64,000 nucleotides of DNA from Nitrospinaceae bacterium (lineage in GTDB: Bacteria > Nitrospinota > Nitrospinia > Nitrospinales > Nitrospinaceae), in contig OZ245011.1 in the NCBI GenBank assembly GCA_965223665.1, positions 3,648,001 to 3,712,000 of the forward strand, in the 5' to 3' direction. Of the stretch, positions 50,038 to 59,235 are shown one piece after another. The notes under the pieces are model-generated. The model made no database searches. It was not told where the DNA came from and saw nothing but the letters and a program-made list of their open reading frames with translations. A program made the translations under genes and the position numbers. Numbering within the stretch: position 1 is the first letter of the stretch; the number at the start of each line of letters is the position of its first letter.

Positions 50038-51857
50038 ACTTTTTAAAATCTTTGTCCATTAAAGGCAAGCTGGTAATGATTGTGCTTACCATTACCATAT
50101 TTAGCCTCTTGGCTTCGACAGGTATATTTGTGTTTAATGACCTAAAAATTTTTAAAAGAGACATGTTGCGAAATTTAACGGTTTTAGCCAATGCGATTGG
50201 GATCAATAGTAGAACTTCCATAATATTTTTAGATAGTGAATCTGCCGAGAATATTCTTTCAACTTTAAAAGAAGAAGAGCATATTAAATATGCTGGACTT
50301 TATGATTCCGATAAAAATTTATTTGCAATGTATAAAAGAAGTCCAAACGAAAACTATACTTCCCCCACAAGCTTTAATGCAGGCCATCATTTTTATGAAG
50401 AACATATAGAAATTCTTCTTCCGATTTTTTTGAAAGATGAGGTAGTTGGAAAGATTTTTTTAAACGCAGATATGAAAGAATTTCAATCAAGAACTCAGGT
50501 TTACTTATCGGTTGTAGGATTGATCCTTATTTTTATCCCTATAGTTGCTTATAGTTTAACAATGAATTTGCAAAAATTTATTTCTAAACCTATATTAGCC
50601 TTAGCTGAAACCGCGAAATCTATTTCCCAAAATCCAGATTATTCTATTCGGGTTCAGTACGACAATTCTGATGAATTGGGCATCCTTTATTCAGGCTTTA
50701 ATGAAATGCTTTCTCAAATTGAAAGAAGAGAAGAAGAAATAGTTCTGAAGCGAAAATTTTTAGAAGGAAAAATCATTGAAGGTAACCTTACAATTGAAGA
50801 ATTGCGTAAAAAGGAAGAATCAACTCGCACAATTTTAGATAATGCTTTTGATGCAATTATTACTATGGATGCTAGTGGACTCATTTTGAGTTGGAATCAG
50901 CGAGCAACTTCCGTGTTTGGATTACATGCGAATGAAGCGATTGGAAAAAAACTAGTTGATCTCATAATTCCTTCTGAATACCGAGAATCACATAATAGAG
51001 GTTTAGCAAGATTTCTTGAAACGGGAAAGCACGAAATTTTAAATCAACAGATTGAAGTTTCAGCATTGCATGCCAACGGACATTTATTCCCGATCGAAAT
51101 CGCTGTTTCCGCAATTGAAAGAGATGGGTCTTACATTTTTACGGGTATTTTGCGTGATATTTCAAAACGAAAACATTCAGCCAAAGAATTGATTGAATCT
51201 CGAGAACGTTTGCGAAACTTGAGTAATCGTTTACAATCTGCACGAGAAGAAGAAAAAGAAAAAATTGCCCGAGAAATTCATGATGAACTTGGGCAATCTT
51301 TATCAGCTTTAAAATTTGAGCTTGGTTGGATTGAGAATAATATTTCCTCCGAGGAAACCGAAATTTTTAAAAGGGTACATACAATGTCTGCGTTAATTGA
51401 AAATGCGGTTCAAAATGTGCAAAGAATAGCAAGTGAGTTGCGTCCTCGAATTTTGGATATTCTCGGACTTTGTGAGGGATTAAAGTGGCAGGCAAAAGAA
51501 TTCCAAAAACGTACTGGAATTCAATGTAAATTGACAATAGAACCGAATAATATTGATGTGGACCCTGATCGTTCTATAACATTGTTTCGGATTTATCAGG
51601 AAACCTTGACCAATGTGGCTCGTCATTCCCAGGCTAAAAGAGTAGAAACTTCATTTAAAAGGAGGGACAAATTTCTGGAATTGGAAATTGAAGATGATGG
51701 GCAAGGAATGGATCCAGATCAAGCCGAAAACCCAAATTCTTTTGGATTAATCGGAATTAAAGAACGTACTTTGGTGTGGGGTGGTGAAGCCCGCATTCAT
51801 AGCAAAAAAGGAGAAGGGACAAAAATTATTGTGAGTTTGCCCTTAACAGAATCATGA
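50034..51857 (+). CDS. Sensor histidine kinase (CHASE8-like, HAMP, PAS, HisKA_3)
   Basis: YfiN-like N-terminal sensor, DELGILYSGFNEM HAMP, PAS, AREIHDELGQ, DDGQG. Confidence 0.92.
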   Translation: MNFLKSLSIKGKLVMIVLTITIFSLLASTGIFVFNDLKIFKRDMLRNLTVLANAIGINSRTSIIFLDSESAENILSTLKEEEHIKYAGLYDSDKNLFAMYKRSPNENYTSPTSFNAGHHFYEEHIEILLPIFLKDEVVGKIFLNADMKEFQSRTQVYLSVVGLILIFIPIVAYSLTMNLQKFISKPILALAETAKSISQNPDYSIRVQYDNSDELGILYSGFNEMLSQIERREEEIVLKRKFLEGKIIEGNLTIEELRKKEESTRTILDNAFDAIITMDASGLILSWNQRATSVFGLHANEAIGKKLVDLIIPSEYRESHNRGLARFLETGKHEILNQQIEVSALHANGHLFPIEIAVSAIERDGSYIFTGILRDISKRKHSAKELIESRERLRNLSNRLQSAREEEKEKIAREIHDELGQSLSALKFELGWIENNISSEETEIFKRVHTMSALIENAVQNVQRIASELRPRILDILGLCEGLKWQAKEFQKRTGIQCKLTIEPNNIDVDPDRSITLFRIYQETLTNVARHSQAKRVETSFKRRDKFLELEIEDDGQGMDPDQAENPNSFGLIGIKERTLVWGGEARIHSKKGEGTKIIVSLPLTES

Positions 51858-52501
51858 ATAATTTAAATGGGAAAATAAAAGTTATTATTGCAGACGATCA
51901 TGCTTTCATTCGACAGGGGGTAAAACAAATCATTTCTGAAATACCCGACATGATAGTGATTGGAGAGGCAAAGAATGGAAACCAACTTTTGGAGATGATT
52001 CGTGCTCAGGAAATGGATGTTGTTGTCATGGATGTTGATATGCCGGAAAAAAGTGGTTGGGATGTTATTGTTCAGTTAAAAGCTGAATTTCCTAATCTTC
52101 CAGTTATTATACTAAGTGTTTTTCCTGAAGAGGATTACGCAGTTAAATTTTTTAAAGCTGGTGCCTCCGGATATATAAATAAAACTGCAGTTCCTGAGTT
52201 ACTGGTGGAAGCCATCAGAAAGGTTGCTAAGGGTGGTCGGTTTGTAACTGCAAGTTTAGCAGAAAAATTAGCGTTTGAATTGGATCAGGATTCAGAAAAA
52301 CTTCCCCATGAAACTCTTTCACCTCGTGAATTCCAGGTTTTTTGTATGATTGCCTCTGGAAAAACGGTAAAGGAAATTTCTGAAGAGCTTGCTCTAAGTG
52401 TACCTACCATTAGCACTTATAGGGCGCGAATTCTAGAAAAAATGGACTTAAAAAGTAATGCTAAGTTAACTCAATATGCCTATAAAAATAAACTTTTGTA
52501 A
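51854..52501 (+). CDS. NarL/LuxR family response regulator
   Basis: IADDH, MDVDMP, LSPREFQV HTH. Confidence 0.95.
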   Translation: MNNLNGKIKVIIADDHAFIRQGVKQIISEIPDMIVIGEAKNGNQLLEMIRAQEMDVVVMDVDMPEKSGWDVIVQLKAEFPNLPVIILSVFPEEDYAVKFFKAGASGYINKTAVPELLVEAIRKVAKGGRFVTASLAEKLAFELDQDSEKLPHETLSPREFQVFCMIASGKTVKEISEELALSVPTISTYRARILEKMDLKSNAKLTQYAYKNKLL

Positions 52502-53459
52502 TTTAATAATGATTTTATTAATAGATGGGATGTAACAATAATTGCCATGAAAAGTAGGAATGTGTATTCATGGAATTAGTTTCAAATTTAAAATCAAAAT
52601 AAATTATAAGATTTAGCCCGCTTTTGAAACCTCCTTAGTAAAACCCTTGATTGGAAATTGTTTCTTTTCCTTAAATTACCTGAAAAGAAGTCATTAAAAA
52701 AACGACAGCATTATTATTTTTATTCTATTAAAAAAGAATGTTTTGAATGATACCCAGAGTATTTCCAAAGGCTCATATTTATCATTGATATTAATAAGGA
52801 AAAAGGATCTGAAATTTGAAATAAAAATTATGAAATTTTGTAAACCAATTTTTTAGCAGAATGGCGGGGGCATCATGAGTATAAAAAAAGATTTACCAAT
52901 TTATATTTTGTTAATTTCCTTATACACGTTAGCGTTTTTGGGTTTGACTTTTCTTTTGAACCCATTGTATTTGTTGGGAAGTTGAATGCAAGGCCCTTCT
53001 ATTCGTTAAAAAATTTTTTTGTTATAGGGAATTATTAATTTGTACAATGGGATTTTTGTTTTGATCTTTTTAAGTCTGTTTATCTTTCAGAATTGAAAAA
53101 AGAATATTAAGAATTCAATCAATGAATTCGGCAAAAAGAGGAATTGAACATCATTTTATCTATATTTTTGTTGTCGTTTATGGGAAGATCCGCAGTCCAA
53201 TTGGTTTTAAATGATAGCCTTATTCATAAAGAGCAAATAGATGACAAAAAAACTTTTGATCCTTAAATTTTTCTAACCTTCAAGCAAAAAAACTTGAAAT
53301 ATAAAATTTAAAGTTTGAATTGTTCTAAAATTAATTCCATACTGAAATAGTTAATGATTAGTATTTGATTCTGATGTAATGACCTCTCAAAAATTGAATC
53401 CTTTCCTTTAACTGATATTCAAATTTTTCTTTTTAAAATTAATCCACTTGAGTCTATGA

Positions 53460-55343
53460 ATGAGCCATTTTAAAAGAGTAGCGCTTTTAAAAGCGCAGCA
53501 AAAGCTAGAACCTCCTGCAGATGTTTATTCTTCTGACCTTGTAGAAATATGCTACTTGGGAGCGTTTATTCAAAATGATGTAGAGTATGTATCCATCCCC
53601 GTTTCTCCATATGATAAGAATCCATTTAAGCTTTTTGAGAAAAGCTTAAAGAGAGAAAGGTTTGATTTAGTCGGTATTTCCTCAATGACCGGGGGTTATT
53701 ATAGTGCCCAGGAATATGCGAGGCTTGCTCGCCAGGCTGGAGCATATGTTGTTATGGGTGGTTATCATCCCACCGCTTTAACCGATGAGGTCCTTGCTGA
53801 TCCCAATGTAGATTCAGTTATTCGGGGAGAAGGAGATAACCCTTTCAGAGATCTGGTTCTAAATGGGCCCAGCAGAGATGTCCTGGGGTTGTCTTATAAA
53901 GAAAAAGGAGAACCGATCCATAATCCTGATCAAGAACTTATTGAAGATATGGATTTTCTTCCTCAACCTTTAAGATCTATTCGTCCCCTTCGTTTTGGGG
54001 AAAGAGGGGATGCTTATTCAATTGATACAGTTTATAGCTCCAGAGGTTGTATTGCGAAATGCACATTTTGTGCAAATGACACTGTTAATCAGGGATGGAG
54101 ACCCAGGAGCCCGGAGCACTTTATTGAAGAGTTAAAACAAATTCACAGTAAACATGTTCGTAGAACAGTTAAATTTTTTGATTCCATCTTTTTGTTTGAT
54201 GCCAAAAGGGTGGAACGAATTATTGAACTAATGTTTAAGCATGATTTAACCAATTTTAAAATTATTACAGAATCACGATCTGATGATGTGATTCGATGCG
54301 CTCATTTAATGAAAGATTTAAAGCGGATTGGGTTTGATAAAATTCAAATTGGTATTGAAACCCCGGACCCTGAAACTTTTAAAACTTTAAGAAAAGGGGG
54401 ATCAGTTCAAAAACATGAGAAGGCCATCCGGCTTGTCCAAGAATCGGGATTAAAAGTTGAAGGGTTCCTTATCATTGGTCACCCTAATGAAACCAAAGAA
54501 GATATTTTAAGATACCCTGAGTTTGCAAAACATATGGGGCTTGATCATAGAGCGCTTTATTTTGTTATGACCCCTTATCCCGGGACTCAAATTTATAGAG
54601 ATTACGAGGAAAAAAAATTGATCGAATCATTGGATTGGGATTGTTACAACAATTTTGGAACCGTTGTCCATTTAGAAAAAATGAAACGATCCGAGTTAAG
54701 GAATCTTCTTTCACTTTGTTATGGAACTACTTCTGGAATACCTTTTATTTTTAAAAAGCATAAAACTGTCCCCACCATGGTAGGTCATCTTTTGTATGTG
54801 ACAATTATTTGGTTATACCTGTATGATATTCAAGGAAAGAAAGATTTGAAATCGAGAAACGATTTTATTTGGTCGTTTTATCAATCAGGAATAGGACAAT
54901 TTCAAAAAACCCGAAAATTAAAATCGCGAATGCGTTTTACAATGTGGTTTAAGAAATCATTTTCTTTGCGACTTAAGCTGGAAGAGGAGAAAACTTTAAT
55001 CTTTAAATTTAAAATGATTAAAGACCAATTGTATATGAATGTTTTAAATGATCATTCCAATAAGAAAAGAATGGTAACGGTTACTTTAGACGATTTAGAC
55101 CATCTGCACCAAACTCTTGATATGTCTGATATTAATAATGGGGCTATGATTCAGCTTTTAAAACATGCTCCGTGGTCAAACCGAATAACTCAAATTAGCC
55201 ATTGTCTTCCTGCTTTGTTAAGAACGGCTGGAGCATTAGGAAAAATTGTTTTCAGTGTGGGGCGAAGATATTTTTTTAAATCAAGTCCCTCAACTTTAGC
55301 CTCTCCAATGGGTCCTTTTTCTGATAGTACTTTGAAGAATTAA
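53460..55343 (+). CDS. B12-binding-domain radical SAM protein
   Basis: DLVGISSMT, MGGYHPT, RGEG, SRGCIAKCTFC, GIET, TPYPGT; long unrecognised C-terminal extension. Confidence 0.9.
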   Translation: MSHFKRVALLKAQQKLEPPADVYSSDLVEICYLGAFIQNDVEYVSIPVSPYDKNPFKLFEKSLKRERFDLVGISSMTGGYYSAQEYARLARQAGAYVVMGGYHPTALTDEVLADPNVDSVIRGEGDNPFRDLVLNGPSRDVLGLSYKEKGEPIHNPDQELIEDMDFLPQPLRSIRPLRFGERGDAYSIDTVYSSRGCIAKCTFCANDTVNQGWRPRSPEHFIEELKQIHSKHVRRTVKFFDSIFLFDAKRVERIIELMFKHDLTNFKIITESRSDDVIRCAHLMKDLKRIGFDKIQIGIETPDPETFKTLRKGGSVQKHEKAIRLVQESGLKVEGFLIIGHPNETKEDILRYPEFAKHMGLDHRALYFVMTPYPGTQIYRDYEEKKLIESLDWDCYNNFGTVVHLEKMKRSELRNLLSLCYGTTSGIPFIFKKHKTVPTMVGHLLYVTIIWLYLYDIQGKKDLKSRNDFIWSFYQSGIGQFQKTRKLKSRMRFTMWFKKSFSLRLKLEEEKTLIFKFKMIKDQLYMNVLNDHSNKKRMVTVTLDDLDHLHQTLDMSDINNGAMIQLLKHAPWSNRITQISHCLPALLRTAGALGKIVFSVGRRYFFKSSPSTLASPMGPFSDSTLKN

Positions 55344-55386
55344 GCTAAAGGTTTCTTATTTTGTAGATAGTTCCTATCTGGAATTT

Positions 55387-56418
55387 CTATTCTCCAAGAA
55401 AACGAATAAAGCTTTCAATAATTTGTAAATCAAACTCCGTGCTCATTTGTTCTTTCATCAATTTAAGGGCTTTTTGGGGGGGCATTGCTGATTTATAAGA
55501 GCGGCGTGTTGTTAATGCATCGTAAACATCCATAACTTTGCATATGCGTGCAAAATAGGGAATTTCTTCTGCGACTAAACCTTCCGGATAACCATTACCA
55601 TCATATTTTTCATGATGGGAGGTTGCCATTTGAATTATCTTTTTCCCATAACAATTCATGCCTTCCAAAATTTGACCTCCCAGGTATGTATGTTTTTTTA
55701 TTTCTCCAAATTCTTGATCAGTCAATTTTCCGTTTTTGTTGACAATTTTTTGAGAGACTTTTGTTTTTCCTACATCATGAAGCATTCCACCAACTCCCAG
55801 CTCCTGAATGTCCGAAGAAATCATTTTCGTTTTTAATCCAAAAATAAAACAATAAAGGCCTACATTAACGCTATGTGTATAGGTATAATAATCCTTGTTA
55901 ATAATTTCGGAAATTCCCCCAAAACTTAATGAGTCTGACTGCATACTTTGGCTCATCAATTCCATGGCTTCGCTGGCTGTGTTTAAAAAACTGTTTGGAG
56001 CATTATTTTTAAAAAAATCTTTCATGACTTGTTCAGATAATTTATAAATCTTCTTTGCTTTTTCTTTTACAGAAATATTATCTTTGGAAATGAATTCTCT
56101 TAACGTTTGAGTAGCTTTTTGAAAATATTCAAATGTGTCTTCTTCTTTTATATAAAGTTCCTCTGTAAGGTCTCCTGAAAAAGCAAGTTCTTTAACTTTT
56201 TGTATTTGTTCGGGATTGTCAGTAGCGAACTTTATGAATTTAGTTTTTCCAAATAGATTAGTTTTATAATAAAGATTCATATGGTTTAAAGAACCATGAC
56301 CTAAAAGATCAATGTCGATTAAGCGATAGGAGGGTGTAATTGTTTGCATAAATTTGATATTCGGATAAACGATTGGACCAGAATGGCAACAAAATAACCA
56401 ATTTACAGTATAAACCAT
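55387..56418 (-). CDS. HD-GYP domain phosphodiesterase
   Basis: YTYTHSVNV, LHDVGK, HHEKYDGNGYP, DVYDAL, RSYK; the true start is probably downstream of 56418. Confidence 0.9.
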   Translation of the reverse strand: MVYTVNWLFCCHSGPIVYPNIKFMQTITPSYRLIDIDLLGHGSLNHMNLYYKTNLFGKTKFIKFATDNPEQIQKVKELAFSGDLTEELYIKEEDTFEYFQKATQTLREFISKDNISVKEKAKKIYKLSEQVMKDFFKNNAPNSFLNTASEAMELMSQSMQSDSLSFGGISEIINKDYYTYTHSVNVGLYCFIFGLKTKMISSDIQELGVGGMLHDVGKTKVSQKIVNKNGKLTDQEFGEIKKHTYLGGQILEGMNCYGKKIIQMATSHHEKYDGNGYPEGLVAEEIPYFARICKVMDVYDALTTRRSYKSAMPPQKALKLMKEQMSTEFDLQIIESFIRFLGE

Positions 56419-56823
56419 AATCCCATATTGGAAAGAGAGTAAAGAAAATTTAGGGAAATTAATTCCTTAAATAGTTAAAAACAAGCCATTGAGGGACCAT
56501 ATTTCTATATGGTTAAGGCCAAAATCAATCAATATTTACCCAATAGAATTATGAGATAATTTTTAAGCGAAGTTTCTAAAAGGTCGGAAATGATTCCCCA
56601 GACCGTTATTTCAGATTCTTGAATCATAAATCTTCAATCATTTTTCTTTGGTCTCCGCAAAAAAAATTGCTCTCCTCAAAAAGTTTATAAAATTTTAAAG
56701 AACAATGTTTGGATTGTGAGTTTTGTTTAGAGTCAAAATATAGACAAAATTGATATATGTGCGATACTAAGCAAAGCTCTAATTTAAGTTAAGTATAATT
56801 TAATAGTATGTTTCTAGGTATAT

Positions 56824-58113
56824 ATGAGCGGTTTATTCTTGTTTAAGAAATTAGTAATTATTTTATTAGTAATATTAACAGGGTTTCCTTCCTCAATTTT
56901 TGCTTTGACAGAAAAAGCCCAGGAGTTATATAAGCGTTTTCACAACTCTGTTTATCAGATCCAAATAATCGATATTGATTCGAAGGAAAAGTCAACCATT
57001 GGCTCGGGATTCCAGTTTTCCAGAGAAGGACTTATTGCTACGAACTATCATGTTATTTCCGAAGTAGTGGCAAAACCTGAGCGTTACCGAATTGAATTTC
57101 ATAAAGAAAATGGAGAAAAAGGGCAATTAAAAATAAAAACTTTTGATGTCAGTCACGATCTTGCCATTTTAGAAGGAGAGAACAGCAACCAATCCTATCT
57201 AATTTTGGGAGGTTCCTCCTTGGCAAAGGGCGACCATGTATTCCCTCTGGGAAATCCCCTGGATTTGGGAATGACAATAATTGAAGGCACCTATAACGGT
57301 CTTGTAGGGCCGGACCAATATCAGCACGTATTGCTTTCTGCATCTTTGAACCCAGGGATGAGTGGAGGCCCAGCCCTGGATTCCAAGGGAAAAGTGGTTG
57401 GAGTGAACGTGGCTATCGAGGGAAATGATTTAAGTTATTTGGTTCCGGTGGAGTACCTGGTCGAACTTGTGGAAGAAAATTTTAAGGATGATATTAAAAA
57501 AGACTCAAAACAAATCATTGAAAAACAGATATTGAAAAAGTTTAATCATGTAATTAATAAAGTCTTGCAAATTGAATGGAGCTATGAAAGGTTTGGTCAT
57601 TTAAACATTCCTAAAAACATACCTCGCTCAATTTTTAAATGCTGGGGAAATAGTGAACCGGAAGATCTAGAGGAAGAACAATTTTATTCGATAAGTTATA
57701 AAAGATGTGAAAGCGAGAACAAGATTTATTTGTCTCGTGGTTTTTTTACTGGGTCGGTGGGGTATTCAATTATTCGATTAAAAAGTGATCAATTGAACCC
57801 CTTAAAATTTTATAAGGAATATTCTCTAGAATTCTCAAAAAGCGAATTTTATCCTTTTGCAGGGGAAAAGCAGGTTGCAGACTTTAAATGTAAAAATAAT
57901 TTTATAAATCTTGCGGAACAAAATTGGAAAGCCGTTTATTGTGCTCGCTCATATAAGGAGTATCCTAAGCTCAATGATATATTTTTAACTTTTGCCCTTT
58001 TGGGGAAACCAAAGCAAGGGTATGTTATTCGCATTGGTCTATCGGGTATTAGTCAGCCGTTGGCAGTTGGTTTTCTCCAGCATTTTATTGGAGGAATTCA
58101 GTGGGCCGAATAA
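56824..58113 (+). CDS. Exported trypsin-like (S1) serine protease with C-terminal domain
   Basis: Signal peptide; ATNYHV, HDLAIL, NPGMSGGP. Confidence 0.88.
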   Translation: MSGLFLFKKLVIILLVILTGFPSSIFALTEKAQELYKRFHNSVYQIQIIDIDSKEKSTIGSGFQFSREGLIATNYHVISEVVAKPERYRIEFHKENGEKGQLKIKTFDVSHDLAILEGENSNQSYLILGGSSLAKGDHVFPLGNPLDLGMTIIEGTYNGLVGPDQYQHVLLSASLNPGMSGGPALDSKGKVVGVNVAIEGNDLSYLVPVEYLVELVEENFKDDIKKDSKQIIEKQILKKFNHVINKVLQIEWSYERFGHLNIPKNIPRSIFKCWGNSEPEDLEEEQFYSISYKRCESENKIYLSRGFFTGSVGYSIIRLKSDQLNPLKFYKEYSLEFSKSEFYPFAGEKQVADFKCKNNFINLAEQNWKAVYCARSYKEYPKLNDIFLTFALLGKPKQGYVIRIGLSGISQPLAVGFLQHFIGGIQWAE

Positions 58114-59060
58114 TCATTGAGCTGTTTTCCTCCCATGGGAATCACATGGAACGGCGATTTATATTTAAAAAAGGACCCATTAGCATTGGCAGAGCGTATT
58201 CAAATGACATAATTCTAGATGATCCTTTTGTGTCTAATCAACACATTTTGATTACCAGAAACAATGGAAATCTTTTTGTTTCAGATTTGAAAAGTGAAAA
58301 TGGGACTAAAATTAACCAACATTTAAGCTTAAAAGGCCAATCAGTAAAATTAGGGTCTGGAAATGAGATTTATCTTGGCAAAACCAGATTAAAAGTATTT
58401 CTTCCTGATCACCCTATTGTTCCCACTAAAAAGTTTCAAAGATTTACAAATTTACGAGAACTATTTGACAAGAATTCTGTTGCTATTGGATTTTCTCTTT
58501 TTGTATTAGGGATAATGATCTGGGCGGGATATTTAGAAAAACCCAGTCAGAAATATTGGAAAGAAGGTTTGATTGAGGCAGTTTTAAGTTATGGGTTTGG
58601 AGCATTATTTTATGTAATTATTGTGGGTTTTATAATTAATTTAAAAACTCATAAGGTGTTCTATAAACGACATCTTGCAGTTTCCAATTTTGGGACTTTA
58701 GTGTATTTAATTTATGAAGCGTTGGATCCGTTTATTGCTTTTTGGTTGCCAAATATTAATTGGGTTGCTTCAATTGATTACATATTGAATCTGGCAATAT
58801 TTTTAGGAATGTTTTGGGCCAGTATTCAATTAACAAAAGATTTAATTAAACCTAGAGATTATCTTCAACCTGTAATAATTTCCCTCATTTTACTTTTCTT
58901 GACCGCTTGGGGAGAGCAAAAAATCCAATTTGCTTTTTCAAGAAAACCAGCCTACTCAGCAAAATTAGCACCCTATCTGAAACCAATCACTGAGCCGGTT
59001 ACTTTGGATCAATTTTTAGAGGATTCGGGTTCTGATCTATTTAAATCTGGAAAGAAATAA
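58101..59060 (+). CDS. FHA domain membrane protein
   Basis: IGRAYSND...VSNQH...DLKSENGT FHA motifs followed by about 5 TM helices. Confidence 0.85.
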   Translation: MGRIIIELFSSHGNHMERRFIFKKGPISIGRAYSNDIILDDPFVSNQHILITRNNGNLFVSDLKSENGTKINQHLSLKGQSVKLGSGNEIYLGKTRLKVFLPDHPIVPTKKFQRFTNLRELFDKNSVAIGFSLFVLGIMIWAGYLEKPSQKYWKEGLIEAVLSYGFGALFYVIIVGFIINLKTHKVFYKRHLAVSNFGTLVYLIYEALDPFIAFWLPNINWVASIDYILNLAIFLGMFWASIQLTKDLIKPRDYLQPVIISLILLFLTAWGEQKIQFAFSRKPAYSAKLAPYLKPITEPVTLDQFLEDSGSDLFKSGKK

Positions 59061-59235
59061 AAAATCTTAGATATTTATGGCCATTTATAAGAAACTTTAA
59101 ATTTAATGTGATCCATTGTCTTTGGGATCAAACTTTTGCCTATTTAGTTTCCAAGGTATTTCACTGCAAGAAACATTTTTAACTAATATCTATTCTCATT
59201 TTTTCAAATAATTAGAAAAGTTTTAAATTAAGTAA

